DNA from: Solirubrobacterales bacterium | Lineage (GTDB): Bacteria > Actinomycetota > Thermoleophilia > Solirubrobacterales > 70-9 | Length of the DNA: 59,761 nt | Assembly: GCA_035698885.1 (NCBI GenBank) | Contig: DASSBJ010000124.1 | Coordinates: 1 to 59,761, forward strand | Direction: 5' to 3' | Shown here: piece by piece, positions 35,607-44,855 of the stretch | How the letters are laid out: every line of letters begins with the position of its first letter | Position numbering within the stretch: position 1 is the first letter of the stretch | Program-made: the position numbers and the translations under genes | Notes under the pieces: generated by a model | Seen by the model: the letters and a program-made list of their open reading frames with translations, nothing else | What the model was told of the DNA's origin: nothing | The model's database searches: none

Positions 35607-36388
35607 ACCCGCACCTCGCGCCGGGGCAAGACGAAGATGGCGCCGTCCTCCTGCAGGACGCGCACCCTCGCGCCGTAGTGGGCGGCGATGCTCTTCTCCG
35701 AGAGCACCTCGGGCGCCGGGCCGTCGGCGGCGACGCGGCCGCGGTCGAGCAGCAGCAGGCGATCGGCGAACTGTCCGGCGAGGCTCAGGTCGTGCATCGC
35801 GGAGATCACCGTCAGCGCCTCCTCGCGGCGCAGCCAGTCGATCAGCTCCAGGGCCTGCTGCTGGGCTCCGAGGTCGAGCGCGCTGGTCGGCTCGTCGAGC
35901 AGCAGGAGCGGCGCGTCCTGGGCCAGTGCGCGGGCGAGCGCCGCTCGCTGTCGCTCGCCCCCGCTCAGCGAGCCGAGGGGGCGCGAGGCGAAGGGGCGCA
36001 GCCCGAGCTGGGCGATCGCCCGCTCGGCGGCGAGGCGGTCGGCGCGCCCCTCGCTCCCCAGATAGCCGATGTAGGGCGTGCGCCCGAGCAGCACATACTC
36101 GGCCACGGTCAGCTCGGCGGGCATCCGCGGGCTCTGGGGGACGAGGGCCACGCGGCGGGCGATCTCGCGCCGCGTCCCGAGGGCAAGCGGACGCCCGTCG
36201 AGCACCACCTCGCCGGCGAAGGGCAGGAGGCCGGCGAGGGCGCGCAGGATCGTCGTCTTGCCGGCTCCGTTGGGGCCGATCAGCCCCACCCACTCGCCGC
36301 GAGCGAAAGTGGCCGAGACCTCGTGCACGATCCGAGCGGCACCGAGCCTCACCGAGACCCCCTTCAACTCGGCGACGGCGCTCAACAC
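35603..36388 (-). CDS. ABC transporter ATP-binding protein (iron-siderophore/cobalamin uptake type)
   Basis: The GTG at 36388 overlaps the permease stop. GPNGAGKTT, LSGGERQRAALARAL and LLLLDEPTSALD. Confidence 0.88.
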   Translation of the reverse strand: MLSAVAELKGVSVRLGAARIVHEVSATFARGEWVGLIGPNGAGKTTILRALAGLLPFAGEVVLDGRPLALGTRREIARRVALVPQSPRMPAELTVAEYVLLGRTPYIGYLGSEGRADRLAAERAIAQLGLRPFASRPLGSLSGGERQRAALARALAQDAPLLLLDEPTSALDLGAQQQALELIDWLRREEALTVISAMHDLSLAGQFADRLLLLDRGRVAADGPAPEVLSEKSIAAHYGARVRVLQEDGAIFVLPRREVRV

Positions 36389-37713
36389 TCGACCCTCCGG
36401 GTGGCGCGCAGGACGACGGCGAAGAAGGGCGCACCGAAGAACGCAGTGATCACCCCGATCGGCAGCTCCGCAGGCGCCAGCGCGGCGCGCGCGATCAGGT
36501 CCGCGAGCACGAGGAAGCCGGCCCCGACGAGCAGCGACAGCGGCACGATCGCCCGGTAGCTCGAGGAGACGAGCAGCCGGATCGTGTGGGGGACGATGAT
36601 GCCGACGAAGCCGATCAGGCCGCTGACCGCGACGGCAGCCGCGGTCCCGGCCGTCGCCGCGACGACGATCGCCAGCCGCGCCCGCCGCACGTTCAGCCCC
36701 AGCGCCCCGGCCTCCTCGTCGCCGAGGCTGAGCACGTCGAGGACGCGCCGGTGCGCGAGGATGACCGCCGAGCTGACCGCGACGTAGGGGGCGAGGAGGG
36801 CCACCTCCTGCCAGTCGGCGCCGCCGAAGCCGCCGAGCAGCCAGGAGTAGACCTGGCGCAGGGTTTCCGCGTGCTGCTGCTGTACGAAGGTCTGCGCCGC
36901 CGTCATGAAGGCGGCGACGGCGACGCCGGCCAGGATCAGCGCGGCCGTCCCGCCGGTGCCACCCGCCGAGCGGCCGAGTGCATAGGTCCCCGCCACGCCG
37001 ACGATCGCCCCGCCGAACGCCGCCAGCGGCAGCAGCTCGCCGGTCCCCGCGCTGACGTAGGCGATCGCAAGCGTCGCGCCGAGGCCGGCGCCCGCCGCGA
37101 CTCCCAGCAGGTAGGGATCGGCGAGCGGGTTGCGGAAGACGCCCTGGTAGGCAGAGCCGGCGATCGCCAGCATGCCGCCGACCAGGGCGGCGAGCACGAC
37201 CCGCGGCGCGCGCACCTGCCATAGGATCGCTTCGTCGATCGCGGCCAACCGTGAGTGCATGCCGAGCAAGGGGAGGTGGGAGAGCGCCGAGCCTGCGATC
37301 GAGCCCGCCCCGATGCCGACGGGGCCGATCACTAGGCCGAGGAGGAGAGCGCCCACCAGGAACGCGGCCGCGCACGCCCCCCACACGAGCGACACCCCGC
37401 GAGACCGCACCGCGGCGTGCGGTATCGCCTTCGCCCACTGGCTGGCGCGGCGCGGCGGTGCCTTGCCGTCGGGCGGCGCATCGGCTCCCTGGCCCTGGCG
37501 CGCGAAGGTGCCCAGGCACGAGGGGCAGATGCAATCGTCGGCCAGCGAGCGGATCTGCGCGAGCGTCTCGCGGTCCAACTCGATCGACTCGCACCAGCAT
37601 CCGGGCTCGCCTTGACGGCAGCCGAAGGCCCGGCCGCAGAGGGCGCAGCGCTTCGAGCGTCGCGTCGCCCACGGATCGTCGCGAGCGGCCATGTCGAGCG
37701 CGCGGGGCGTCAT
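36382..37713 (-). CDS. FecCD/BtuC-type ABC permease with N-terminal cysteine-rich CWC-like domain
   Basis: The first ~75 aa are CALCGRAFGC...GCWCESIELD...CICPSCL. They are followed by a typical FecCD core (VLAALVGGMLAIAGSAYQGVFRNPLADPYLLGV...). Confidence 0.85.
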   Translation of the reverse strand: MTPRALDMAARDDPWATRRSKRCALCGRAFGCRQGEPGCWCESIELDRETLAQIRSLADDCICPSCLGTFARQGQGADAPPDGKAPPRRASQWAKAIPHAAVRSRGVSLVWGACAAAFLVGALLLGLVIGPVGIGAGSIAGSALSHLPLLGMHSRLAAIDEAILWQVRAPRVVLAALVGGMLAIAGSAYQGVFRNPLADPYLLGVAAGAGLGATLAIAYVSAGTGELLPLAAFGGAIVGVAGTYALGRSAGGTGGTAALILAGVAVAAFMTAAQTFVQQQHAETLRQVYSWLLGGFGGADWQEVALLAPYVAVSSAVILAHRRVLDVLSLGDEEAGALGLNVRRARLAIVVAATAGTAAAVAVSGLIGFVGIIVPHTIRLLVSSSYRAIVPLSLLVGAGFLVLADLIARAALAPAELPIGVITAFFGAPFFAVVLRATRRVEC

Positions 37714-38648
37714 CCCGACGTTCGCTCGAGCCCCTTCACCGCGTCAGCCACCTTCTTGACGAAGAGGACGACGCGCGGCCCCCACTGCGAGGCGATCGAG
37801 TCGTCGACCGGCACCACCTCGCCGTCGCGGACCGCCGCGATCTCCTCCCAGCCGGGCCTGGCGGCGACCGTCGCGGCGCTCTGCTTGCAGCAGACCGTGT
37901 CGGCGAGCACGACCAGATCGGGGTTTGACGCGATTACGTACTCGGCCGAGAGCTGCGGGTATTCGCCCGAGCCCTTCGCCTGATCGGCGATGTTGGTCAG
38001 ACCGAACAACCTGTAGATCTGGCCGATGAAGGTGTGCGAGGTGGCCGAGTAGTAGGTCTGGTCGAGCTCGTGGTAGACGCTGAGGGGCCTGCCAGGCTTG
38101 GGCACCGAAGCCACGATCGCCGCGATTTCGCGCTTCATGTTGGCCACCGCCCGTCCTGCGTCGCCGAGGTGGCCGGTCGCCTCGCCGAGCTGTTCGATCT
38201 CGCCGTAGGCGGCGTTTAGATTCGGCGCCGGGGGCTCGACCAACACCGGGACCCCCAGCTTGCCGAGCTCAGCGACGATGTGGCCTGTGTCTTCAGCGAC
38301 GACGACCAGGTCGGGCTGGTAGGTGGCGATCGCTTCGACATTGGGTTCGTAACCGGAGAGCTTCGTGCGCGGCGCCTTGGGCGGATAGGTCGAGTAGGAG
38401 TCGACGGCGACGACCTGGCCTCCCGCTCCTGCGGCGTAGAGGTCCTCAGTCGCCGTCGGCGAGAGCGAAACGATCCTCCGCGGCTGCTGGGTGATTCTCA
38501 CCCTGCCGTTCGCGGCCGCCACCGTCGCGGGGAAGCCGACTTTACCCGCCGCAGTCGCGGCGCTCTGATCGTGCGCTCCTCCGCAGGCGCTGAGCGCGAC
38601 CGCGATGAGAGCGAGCGCGGACCACCATCCGGCTCTGAATCTGGTCAT
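37710..38648 (-). CDS. ABC substrate-binding lipoprotein (BtuF/FhuD-like periplasmic binding protein)
   Basis: Lipobox LSAC. PRRIVSLSPTATEDLYAAGAG..VVAVD and PDLVV motifs. Confidence 0.85.
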   Translation of the reverse strand: MTRFRAGWWSALALIAVALSACGGAHDQSAATAAGKVGFPATVAAANGRVRITQQPRRIVSLSPTATEDLYAAGAGGQVVAVDSYSTYPPKAPRTKLSGYEPNVEAIATYQPDLVVVAEDTGHIVAELGKLGVPVLVEPPAPNLNAAYGEIEQLGEATGHLGDAGRAVANMKREIAAIVASVPKPGRPLSVYHELDQTYYSATSHTFIGQIYRLFGLTNIADQAKGSGEYPQLSAEYVIASNPDLVVLADTVCCKQSAATVAARPGWEEIAAVRDGEVVPVDDSIASQWGPRVVLFVKKVADAVKGLERTSG

Positions 38649-38673
38649 AAAAAAACCTCCGCGTCAGCGGAGG
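38649..38673 (-). terminator. Expression-platform hairpin CCTCCGC-tgac-GCGGAGG followed by a 7-U run, abutting the start codon
   Basis: 7-bp G+C stem (38656-38662 and 38667-38673). The 3' arm contains the GGAGG RBS. The U run (38649-38655) runs directly into the ATG at 38648. Confidence 0.55.
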
Positions 38674-38875
38674 GGGTCGGGTCGGGCGGCGGCGCCGCAC
38701 GAAACCGCCCTTCCTCCGAGGGCTTGTTCGCTCGGCGCAGGGCAGGCGGCCTGGCTTATCCCCCGGAGGGGCATCACAGTTGCGGGACAGCGCCGGAATC
38801 GCACCGGCTTCGCTGCGTCTACACCGGCCGGGGGATATGTGCCCGGCGCCAGCAGCCTAGCGCCCGGGCAGGCCG
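38674..38875 (-). promoter_or_regulatory. Cobalamin (AdoCbl) riboswitch
   Basis: The minus strand reads GAAGCCGGTGCGATTCCGGCGCTGTCCCGCAACTGTGA (38811-38774) and a B12-box-like GCCAGGCCGCCTGCC (38755-38741). Confidence 0.85.
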
Positions 38876-38888
38876 CTGCGCAAGGGCC

Positions 38889-39773
38889 CTACCGAGCCGG
38901 TGCTGTGGCGAGTGGCAGCTCGGTGTAGGGAAGGCCGGGGTCGGAGGCGGCCTCGGGGTGCAGCAGGTGGGCGAGTTGGCGCACCCCGTCGGCGACCCGC
39001 GGCGCCGGCCGAGAGAAGTAGGCGTCGCCGTCGACGGCGACGGTCCGCACCGGCAGGCGCAGCTCCTCGGTCCGCTCGAGCGCCTGCTCGAGGCTGAAGC
39101 CGCAGGCGGCGAGGACGATCAGCTCGGGCCCCTCGTCCAGCACAGCCTCCCAGGTCGTTGCGAAGGAATACTCACCCGGCTTGCTCAGCAGGTTCGTTCC
39201 TCCCGCGGCGTCGACCATCTCGGGCAGCCAATGGCCTGAGCCGTAGGGTGGGTCCATCCACTCGGCAACGAAGACGCGCCGCCTCTCGCGTCCGGCCACC
39301 GCCGAGCGCACCCCCTCGATCTTCGCCCTCATCGTCTCAGCGACGGCTACTCCGCGGTTGCGTGCGTCGAGACGCTCGGCGAGCTCTGTGACGCTGGCGA
39401 TCACCTCGTCCAAGGTGCGCGGGTTCATCGAGTAAATCTCGGTGCCGAGCGGGCAGGCGGTGCTCAGGTCGCCGCTGGAGACGGCGCAGACCTCGCAGAG
39501 ATCCTGGGTAATTACGAGGTCGGGGGCAAGCTCGTCCATCAGCTCGGCGTCAACGGCGTAGAGCGAGTGGCTCTCGGAGGCGGAGTCGTTGACGAGGCGG
39601 TCGATCTCGGCGGCGCTCAGACCGTCGACGTCGATCCGCGTGCGGGCGACGAGCGGCTTGGCCGCCACCTCTGGCGGCCAGTTGCAGTCATCGGAGATGC
39701 CGATGAGCGAGTCGAGCAGGCCCAACTCGGCGATGATGTCGGTCGCACTCGGCAGGAAGGAGACGATCCTCAT
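38889..39773 (-). CDS. BtuF-like cobalamin/periplasmic-binding-fold protein without signal peptide
   Basis: MRIVSFLPSATDIIAELGL and PDLVITQDLCEVCAV motifs. There is no N-terminal hydrophobic or lipobox segment. Confidence 0.75.
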   Translation of the reverse strand: MRIVSFLPSATDIIAELGLLDSLIGISDDCNWPPEVAAKPLVARTRIDVDGLSAAEIDRLVNDSASESHSLYAVDAELMDELAPDLVITQDLCEVCAVSSGDLSTACPLGTEIYSMNPRTLDEVIASVTELAERLDARNRGVAVAETMRAKIEGVRSAVAGRERRRVFVAEWMDPPYGSGHWLPEMVDAAGGTNLLSKPGEYSFATTWEAVLDEGPELIVLAACGFSLEQALERTEELRLPVRTVAVDGDAYFSRPAPRVADGVRQLAHLLHPEAASDPGLPYTELPLATAPAR

Positions 39774-39827
39774 CAGGGCTGACTGTAGCTGGCGAGGATC
39801 GACGCCGCAGCTGGCCGGCGAGGTAGC

Positions 39828-41213
39828 GTGACTGGCCGCATGCCCGCCAAACACTCGACGTCCGCCGCCTCGCCGTTCAGCGCGATCGTCGTCGCCGGGA
39901 CCCACAGCGGCGTCGGCAAGACAAGCGTCACGCTCGGTCTGATCGGGGCGTTGGCACGGCGGGGACTGACGGTGCAGCCGTTCAAGGTCGGCCCCGACTT
40001 CATCGACCCGCTGCACCACACCAAAGCCGCCGGTCGCGCCTCGCGCAACCTCGACGGCTGGATGCTCGACCCGGACACCAACCGAGCCTGCTTCGCCCGC
40101 GCCAGCGCCGGCGTTGACGCGGCGGTGATCGAGGGGGTGATGGGCCTCTTCGACGGCAGCGAGGGTGGGAGCGATCGCGGCAGCACCGCCGAGATGACGA
40201 AGATGCTCGGGCTCGCGGTCGTGCTCGTGATCGACGCAAGCGCGATGGCCCGCAGCGCTGCGGCGCTGATCCACGGCTTCGCAAGCTTCGACCCCGATCT
40301 GCGCATGGCGGGCGTGATCCTCAACAACGTCGGCAGCGAGGCGCATGCCGAGATGATCCGCGAAGCCGTCGCGGGAGACGTGCCGATCCTCGGCGCCATC
40401 CCTCGCGCCGCCGACATGGCAGTGCCCGAGCGTCACCTCGGCCTCCACCTGCCGCACGAGGCGCGGCGGGACTACGCCGAGCAGCTGGCGTCGCTAGTCG
40501 AAGCGCACGTCGACCTCGACAGGATGCTCGAAGCCGCACGCACCGAGCGGCCGGCGCTCCCGGTCGCTGCGGCGACCCCAGAGCCGACTGCGCGGATTGG
40601 GGTCGCCCGCGATGAAGCCTTCTGCTTCTACTACGCTGACAACCTCGAGCTGCTCGAGCAGGCGGGGGCCGAGCTGGTCGAGTTCTCGCCGATCGCCGAC
40701 CCTCTCCCGGCCGACCTCGATGGCCTCTACATTGGCGGCGGCTATCCCGAGCTGCACGCCTCCGCGCTCGCGGCCAACACAACAGCAAAGGGAGCGATCC
40801 GCGAGTTCGCCGGCGCGGGCGGGCCGATCTACGCGGAGTGCGGCGGGCTGATGTACTTGGGCGACAAGCTCGAGCTCGAGGAAGTGGCCTATCCACTCTG
40901 CAGCGTCCTGCCTTTCAACACAAAGATGCCTGCTCCGCTGAAGCTCGCCTACGTCGAGGTCGAAACCACCGACGGGCTGTTCGGAGAGGGCCGAACTGCC
41001 CGTGGGCACCTCTTCCACCACTCAGAGATCGCTGGTGAAACAGCAGTTGAGCGTAGCTACGAGCTACGGACGACCCGCGGCGAGAAAAGCCAGGAGGGCT
41101 ATTGCGTTGGCAACGTACTGGCCAGCTACGTTCACCTCCATTTCGCAAGTGCGCCACACTTGGCCGACGCCTTCCTCGAGCGCTGCCAGAACTTCAGGGC
41201 TTCGACACAGTGA
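39828..41213 (+). CDS. cobB: Cobyrinic acid a,c-diamide synthase
   Basis: GTHSGVGKTSVT, PFKVGPDFIDP and the glutaminase part YAECGGLMYLG...GHLFHHSE. The start could be GTG 39828 or ATG 39840. Confidence 0.88.
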   Translation: MTGRMPAKHSTSAASPFSAIVVAGTHSGVGKTSVTLGLIGALARRGLTVQPFKVGPDFIDPLHHTKAAGRASRNLDGWMLDPDTNRACFARASAGVDAAVIEGVMGLFDGSEGGSDRGSTAEMTKMLGLAVVLVIDASAMARSAAALIHGFASFDPDLRMAGVILNNVGSEAHAEMIREAVAGDVPILGAIPRAADMAVPERHLGLHLPHEARRDYAEQLASLVEAHVDLDRMLEAARTERPALPVAAATPEPTARIGVARDEAFCFYYADNLELLEQAGAELVEFSPIADPLPADLDGLYIGGGYPELHASALAANTTAKGAIREFAGAGGPIYAECGGLMYLGDKLELEEVAYPLCSVLPFNTKMPAPLKLAYVEVETTDGLFGEGRTARGHLFHHSEIAGETAVERSYELRTTRGEKSQEGYCVGNVLASYVHLHFASAPHLADAFLERCQNFRASTQ

Positions 41214-41525
41214 GTCAGGTTGGCGTGACCGACGCGCAACTCGGTGGCTGTGTGACGCCGGCCGGGTGTCTCCTCAGGTCCGCCGCCAGGCTGGACTTGA
41301 CATGACGCGGAATATGCCGCTGACCGTCGCGACGCACTCTCTGCATCCCCGGTAAGGCGAGCTATGCGTGTTGCGATTCGTCTTCTCCGGCATCTACCTC
41401 GCGCTTTCGCTGCGCTTCTGGTTCTACGCGCCAGCGATCATTACCGGCGTTTCCACCACCTGCTTCGTCGTCGCCACCGTGCTCTCGGTATGAGGGCCTC
41501 GTCGGCTGTCTAGACTCATTCTGCG

Positions 41526-42161
41526 GTGAGCAACCCCTATACGGACCCGGACTTCCCGACCGCCGCACTGATCACGATCGACACGCAGCGCGACGTCCTC
41601 GACGGCGGGCCGCTGGAGATTGCGGGAACCTCTGCGGCGCTCGACCCCATACGGGTCCTGGTAGACGCATTTCGCGACGCAGGCCGGCCGATCGTGCACG
41701 TCGTGCGCCTCTACCGAGCCGACGGCGCCAACGTCGACCCATGCCGCCGCAAGGAAGTGGAGGAAGGCGGCCACGTGTTGACGCCGGGAACGCCCGGCTC
41801 CCAGCTCGCCCCGCCCCTCCTCCCCGACCCCGACCTCACCCTGGAGGACGAGTCACTGCTCTCAGGCGGCGTGCAGGCCCTCGGCCCACGGGAGTCGGCG
41901 ATCTACAAGCCGCGCTGGGGAGCCTTCTACGAAACGCCGCTGGAGGAACACCTGCGCGATCAGGGCGTGACGACGCTGATCTTCTGCGGCTGCAACTTCC
42001 CCAACTGCCCGCGTACCTCAATCTACGAGGCCAGCGAGCGCGATTTCCGCGTGGTGGTGGCGCGCGATGCCGTTTCGGGCCTGTACGAGCGGGGCGAAGG
42101 GGAGCTGGCCGGCATCGGCGTCCATCTGCTCGGCTCGGCAGAGGTGGCCGAGCGGCTGTGA
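41526..42161 (+). CDS. Isochorismatase-family cysteine hydrolase
   Basis: ALITIDTQRD, YKPRWGAFYETPLEEHLR and LIFCGCNFPNCPRTS (catalytic Cys region). Confidence 0.8.
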   Translation: MSNPYTDPDFPTAALITIDTQRDVLDGGPLEIAGTSAALDPIRVLVDAFRDAGRPIVHVVRLYRADGANVDPCRRKEVEEGGHVLTPGTPGSQLAPPLLPDPDLTLEDESLLSGGVQALGPRESAIYKPRWGAFYETPLEEHLRDQGVTTLIFCGCNFPNCPRTSIYEASERDFRVVVARDAVSGLYERGEGELAGIGVHLLGSAEVAERL

Positions 42162-42179
42162 CGGCCCGAAGCCCGACGC

Positions 42180-42923
42180 TCAGTTGACCGAGAAAAGGAA
42201 CCGCCCGAGGCGCTCGCAGAAACCCGGCGCCGCGGCGACGAAGTGCCCGGCGCCGGGGACGACCAGTCGCTGCGCGTGCAGCTCGGCCGCGAGCGCATCG
42301 GCCGCGCGCTCTAGGAAGGAGGCGTGGCCGCCGGAGGCGACCAGCACGGGGATGTCCGCGTCGCGCAGGACGTCGAGCCTCGGGCGCGCGTCGCTCGGCG
42401 ATCGACTGCCGTGAGCGCGGCGAACGGCCTGGACGACGTTCTCGGGAAGCGGCCCGGTATCCGGGACGGGCGAGCCCGCGACCCGCAGGAACTCACGCAG
42501 CGTCGCGGGGTTCGTGTCGAGGCCGTTAGCCAGGGACTCGTCGCCCATGCGCTGAAAGCGCGCCAGCTCGGGATCGCCGGGGACCAGATAGAAAAGCGGC
42601 GGCTCGATCAGTGTCAGCGACCGCACCCGTGCCGGCTCGCGCGCCGCCGCGATCAATGCTCCAAGTGCGCCGTAGGAGTGCGCGACGACGTGAGGACGTC
42701 GATCGAGCAGCGGCGCGAGATCGGTGGCGTCGATATCGAAGTCCTGGCGCCCGTCCGGGGCCGGTGGGCTTGGCGGGAAGCCGCGCCGGTGGACGGTAGC
42801 CAGCGTCCAACGACCCTTCAAGGGCGCAAGTCCCGACCACGTCCTCGCCGGGCTCGCGCCGCCGTGAACGAGCAGAACCTCCGGCCCTTCGCCCTCGCGG
42901 ATGACCACGATCTCATCCATCAT
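42180..42923 (-). CDS. Alpha/beta hydrolase
   Basis: VLLVHGGASPARTW, VVAHSYGALGAL (GxSxG-type elbow) and PGAGHF. Confidence 0.7.
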   Translation of the reverse strand: MMDEIVVIREGEGPEVLLVHGGASPARTWSGLAPLKGRWTLATVHRRGFPPSPPAPDGRQDFDIDATDLAPLLDRRPHVVAHSYGALGALIAAAREPARVRSLTLIEPPLFYLVPGDPELARFQRMGDESLANGLDTNPATLREFLRVAGSPVPDTGPLPENVVQAVRRAHGSRSPSDARPRLDVLRDADIPVLVASGGHASFLERAADALAAELHAQRLVVPGAGHFVAAAPGFCERLGRFLFSVN

Positions 42924-43617
42924 CGAAGGAGCCAGACGAAATCCTCTTGAACTTGTCCCTGCCGCCGTCTCGACGATCTCGCCGTGGCCGGGCAGGATGC
43001 GGTCGAAGTCCCACTCGAGGATGATCCGCTCGACCGAGCGCCTGGCGGCCTCGCGGTCGCGGATGCCCAGCCGGAAGGCGACCGTCGGACCGAGCCGTGG
43101 GCGCATCCGCGACCCCCACGCCAGCAGGCGGATCCTCAGCGGCCACCCGGGGCCGATGTTGAAGCAGAGGTAGCCAGTGATCAGGGTGCGGGTCGGGCGA
43201 TGGAGGAGCTCGACCTCGTTCAGCACCCGGCCGGCCACCCGGTGGCCCTCGAAGCTGCTTCTGGTCAAGATCGTCGCTCCAGTCGGGCTCTGGCGAGTCT
43301 CCGAGCATCCCGTCAAAGCGCAGATCGGGCCGCTTGCGCTCGGGACCCGACGCCCCGAACAGCCTCGCCCGCGGATAGGCGTTGCGGTACTGCTCCATGT
43401 AGAGGTGGCCGTGCAGGATGCTCGCCGGCAGGACGACGCGGACGTCTCCGAACTTCGCCAGCTCGCCTCTCAGCTGAGCGCTCAAGCTGACCGGGGAGTG
43501 GACGAGCAGCGCGCCGCCGGCCAATCGGATGACAGTCATGCGCCGCCCCATCTCGAAGCCGAGATAGCGAAGCCGCTCCTCGGCAACCCAGAGGTCAGGT
43601 GCGATCTCGTGCAGCAT
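42924..43617 (-). pseudogene. DUF4336-like protein, frameshift near 43249-43262, in frame with the downstream hydrolase (no stop)
   Basis: MLHEIAPDLWVAEERLRYLGFEMGRRMTVIRL...DWSDDLDQ is in one frame. FEGHRVAGRVLNEVELLHRPTRTLITGYLCFN...WDFDRILPGHGEIV is in another. Confidence 0.6.
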
Positions 43618-43634
43618 CGACCCTCGACTGCCCG

Positions 43635-44816
43635 TCACCCCGACCAGATCCGGTCGAACAGCTCGCCGTCGAGCGGCACGAGCCAGACCTCGCGAATCCA
43701 GCGATGCTCGACGTCGACTCGATAGATCCCGATCGTCTGCCAGGAGACCTGCTCACCATCCAGAACTGCCGTCCCGTCTACGAACTGCGCTACCGCGTCG
43801 CCGTCGGAGATTACGTCGCCCGGATGCATGCGCATGGTGGCGTTTGCAAGCTGGCGACGCCTCTCAAAGTAGTCGATCACCTGCTTGGCGCCGCGATGGT
43901 CACCGGCGATCGGGCTCTTGCCCGGCACGTGCCAGATGATGTCCGGCGACAGTAGCTCCAATACCCGGTCGATCGAGCCCCCGGCATACATCTCGCCCTG
44001 GCGCCGGTGCAGCTCGGCGATCAAGTCCAGGTACTGGCGTCCCACTGCTGATCTAACCGACACCTCGACTCCGTCCGTGAGTGGGATCTCCACCGATGAG
44101 TAGCCGTTGTCGGGATCGCGGACATAGTCCAGAAACGGGTGAAGATCCGGGTCCTCGGTGTTCAGGTCCGCCACCAGAAGCGCTGCGGGTGCCAGGTTTG
44201 GCTCGACCAGTTCGAGCACCGAGAGGTAGAGGTCGTTGCGACCGTCGAGGAAGAGGAGGTCGACGCCCTCCGGGAGCTGTCTGAGCGTCTCCAGCGCATC
44301 CCCTTCTCTCCACTGGACAAGGTCCCCAAGCCCCGCCTCCGCCAGGTTGTCGCGCGCCGCGCTGATCTTCTCCGGCAATAGCTCCGTGGTGATGACCTCC
44401 CCGGTGTCCCCGCCGTCTCGGATGGCGGCCGCAAGGTAGATCGTGCTGATACCGAGGGAGCACCCGAACTCCACGACCCTCCGTACCCGACGGGTTCGGG
44501 TCAGCACGTACAACAGCCTTCCGACCTCGCGGGTGATCGCGAGCGGCGCCTCGCCGTAGAGCTCATAGCGTCGCTCCTGGCGCAGCCTCTCGCCAAGCTC
44601 TGCCTCACGTGCCTGTACTCGCTGCTTGGCAAGCGGGTCCTCGCGCTCGGCCTGGGCGTGAAGCCGGTCGAGGATCTGAGAGATGACAGGAGATCTCAGC
44701 GTGCTGGGGATCTTGCTCAGCCTTTCTACGCCGTCCGGTCCATTCCGGATCGCAGACGGGGGCACCGTATCTGGGCAAGTTGCTCGAGGCAACGAAGAAT
44801 TTGGCGAGTGCGCCAT
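43635..44816 (-). CDS. O-methyltransferase (family 3-like) fused to a SnoaL/NTF2-like domain
   Basis: VVEFGCSLGISTIYLA and LLFLDG (MT motifs). The C-terminal part is LLSPDIIWHVPGKSPIAGDHRG...WQTIGIYRV. The start is uncertain. Confidence 0.7.
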   Translation of the reverse strand: MAHSPNSSLPRATCPDTVPPSAIRNGPDGVERLSKIPSTLRSPVISQILDRLHAQAEREDPLAKQRVQAREAELGERLRQERRYELYGEAPLAITREVGRLLYVLTRTRRVRRVVEFGCSLGISTIYLAAAIRDGGDTGEVITTELLPEKISAARDNLAEAGLGDLVQWREGDALETLRQLPEGVDLLFLDGRNDLYLSVLELVEPNLAPAALLVADLNTEDPDLHPFLDYVRDPDNGYSSVEIPLTDGVEVSVRSAVGRQYLDLIAELHRRQGEMYAGGSIDRVLELLSPDIIWHVPGKSPIAGDHRGAKQVIDYFERRRQLANATMRMHPGDVISDGDAVAQFVDGTAVLDGEQVSWQTIGIYRVDVEHRWIREVWLVPLDGELFDRIWSG

Positions 44817-44855
44817 CTCACAGACGCGGGATACGGCTCGCGAGAGAACCCGATA

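Noticed and set aside
33086-40457. Very long N-terminal extensions of the cobU (511 aa), cobQ (744 aa), ABC ATPase (689 aa) and BtuF-like (522 aa) ORF-track entries
   Set aside because: The extensions overlap the upstream, well-supported genes in other frames and are Arg/Pro/Gly-rich. Internal starts with NTGA overlaps give proteins of canonical length.
41368-41493. 41-codon GTG-initiated hydrophobic ORF (VLRFVFSGIYLALSLRFWFYAPAIITGVSTTCFVVATVLSV)
   Set aside because: It has high third-position G+C and two plausible helices. However, it is too short, has no RBS or homology evidence, and overlaps a spurious minus ORF, so it was not listed as a feature.
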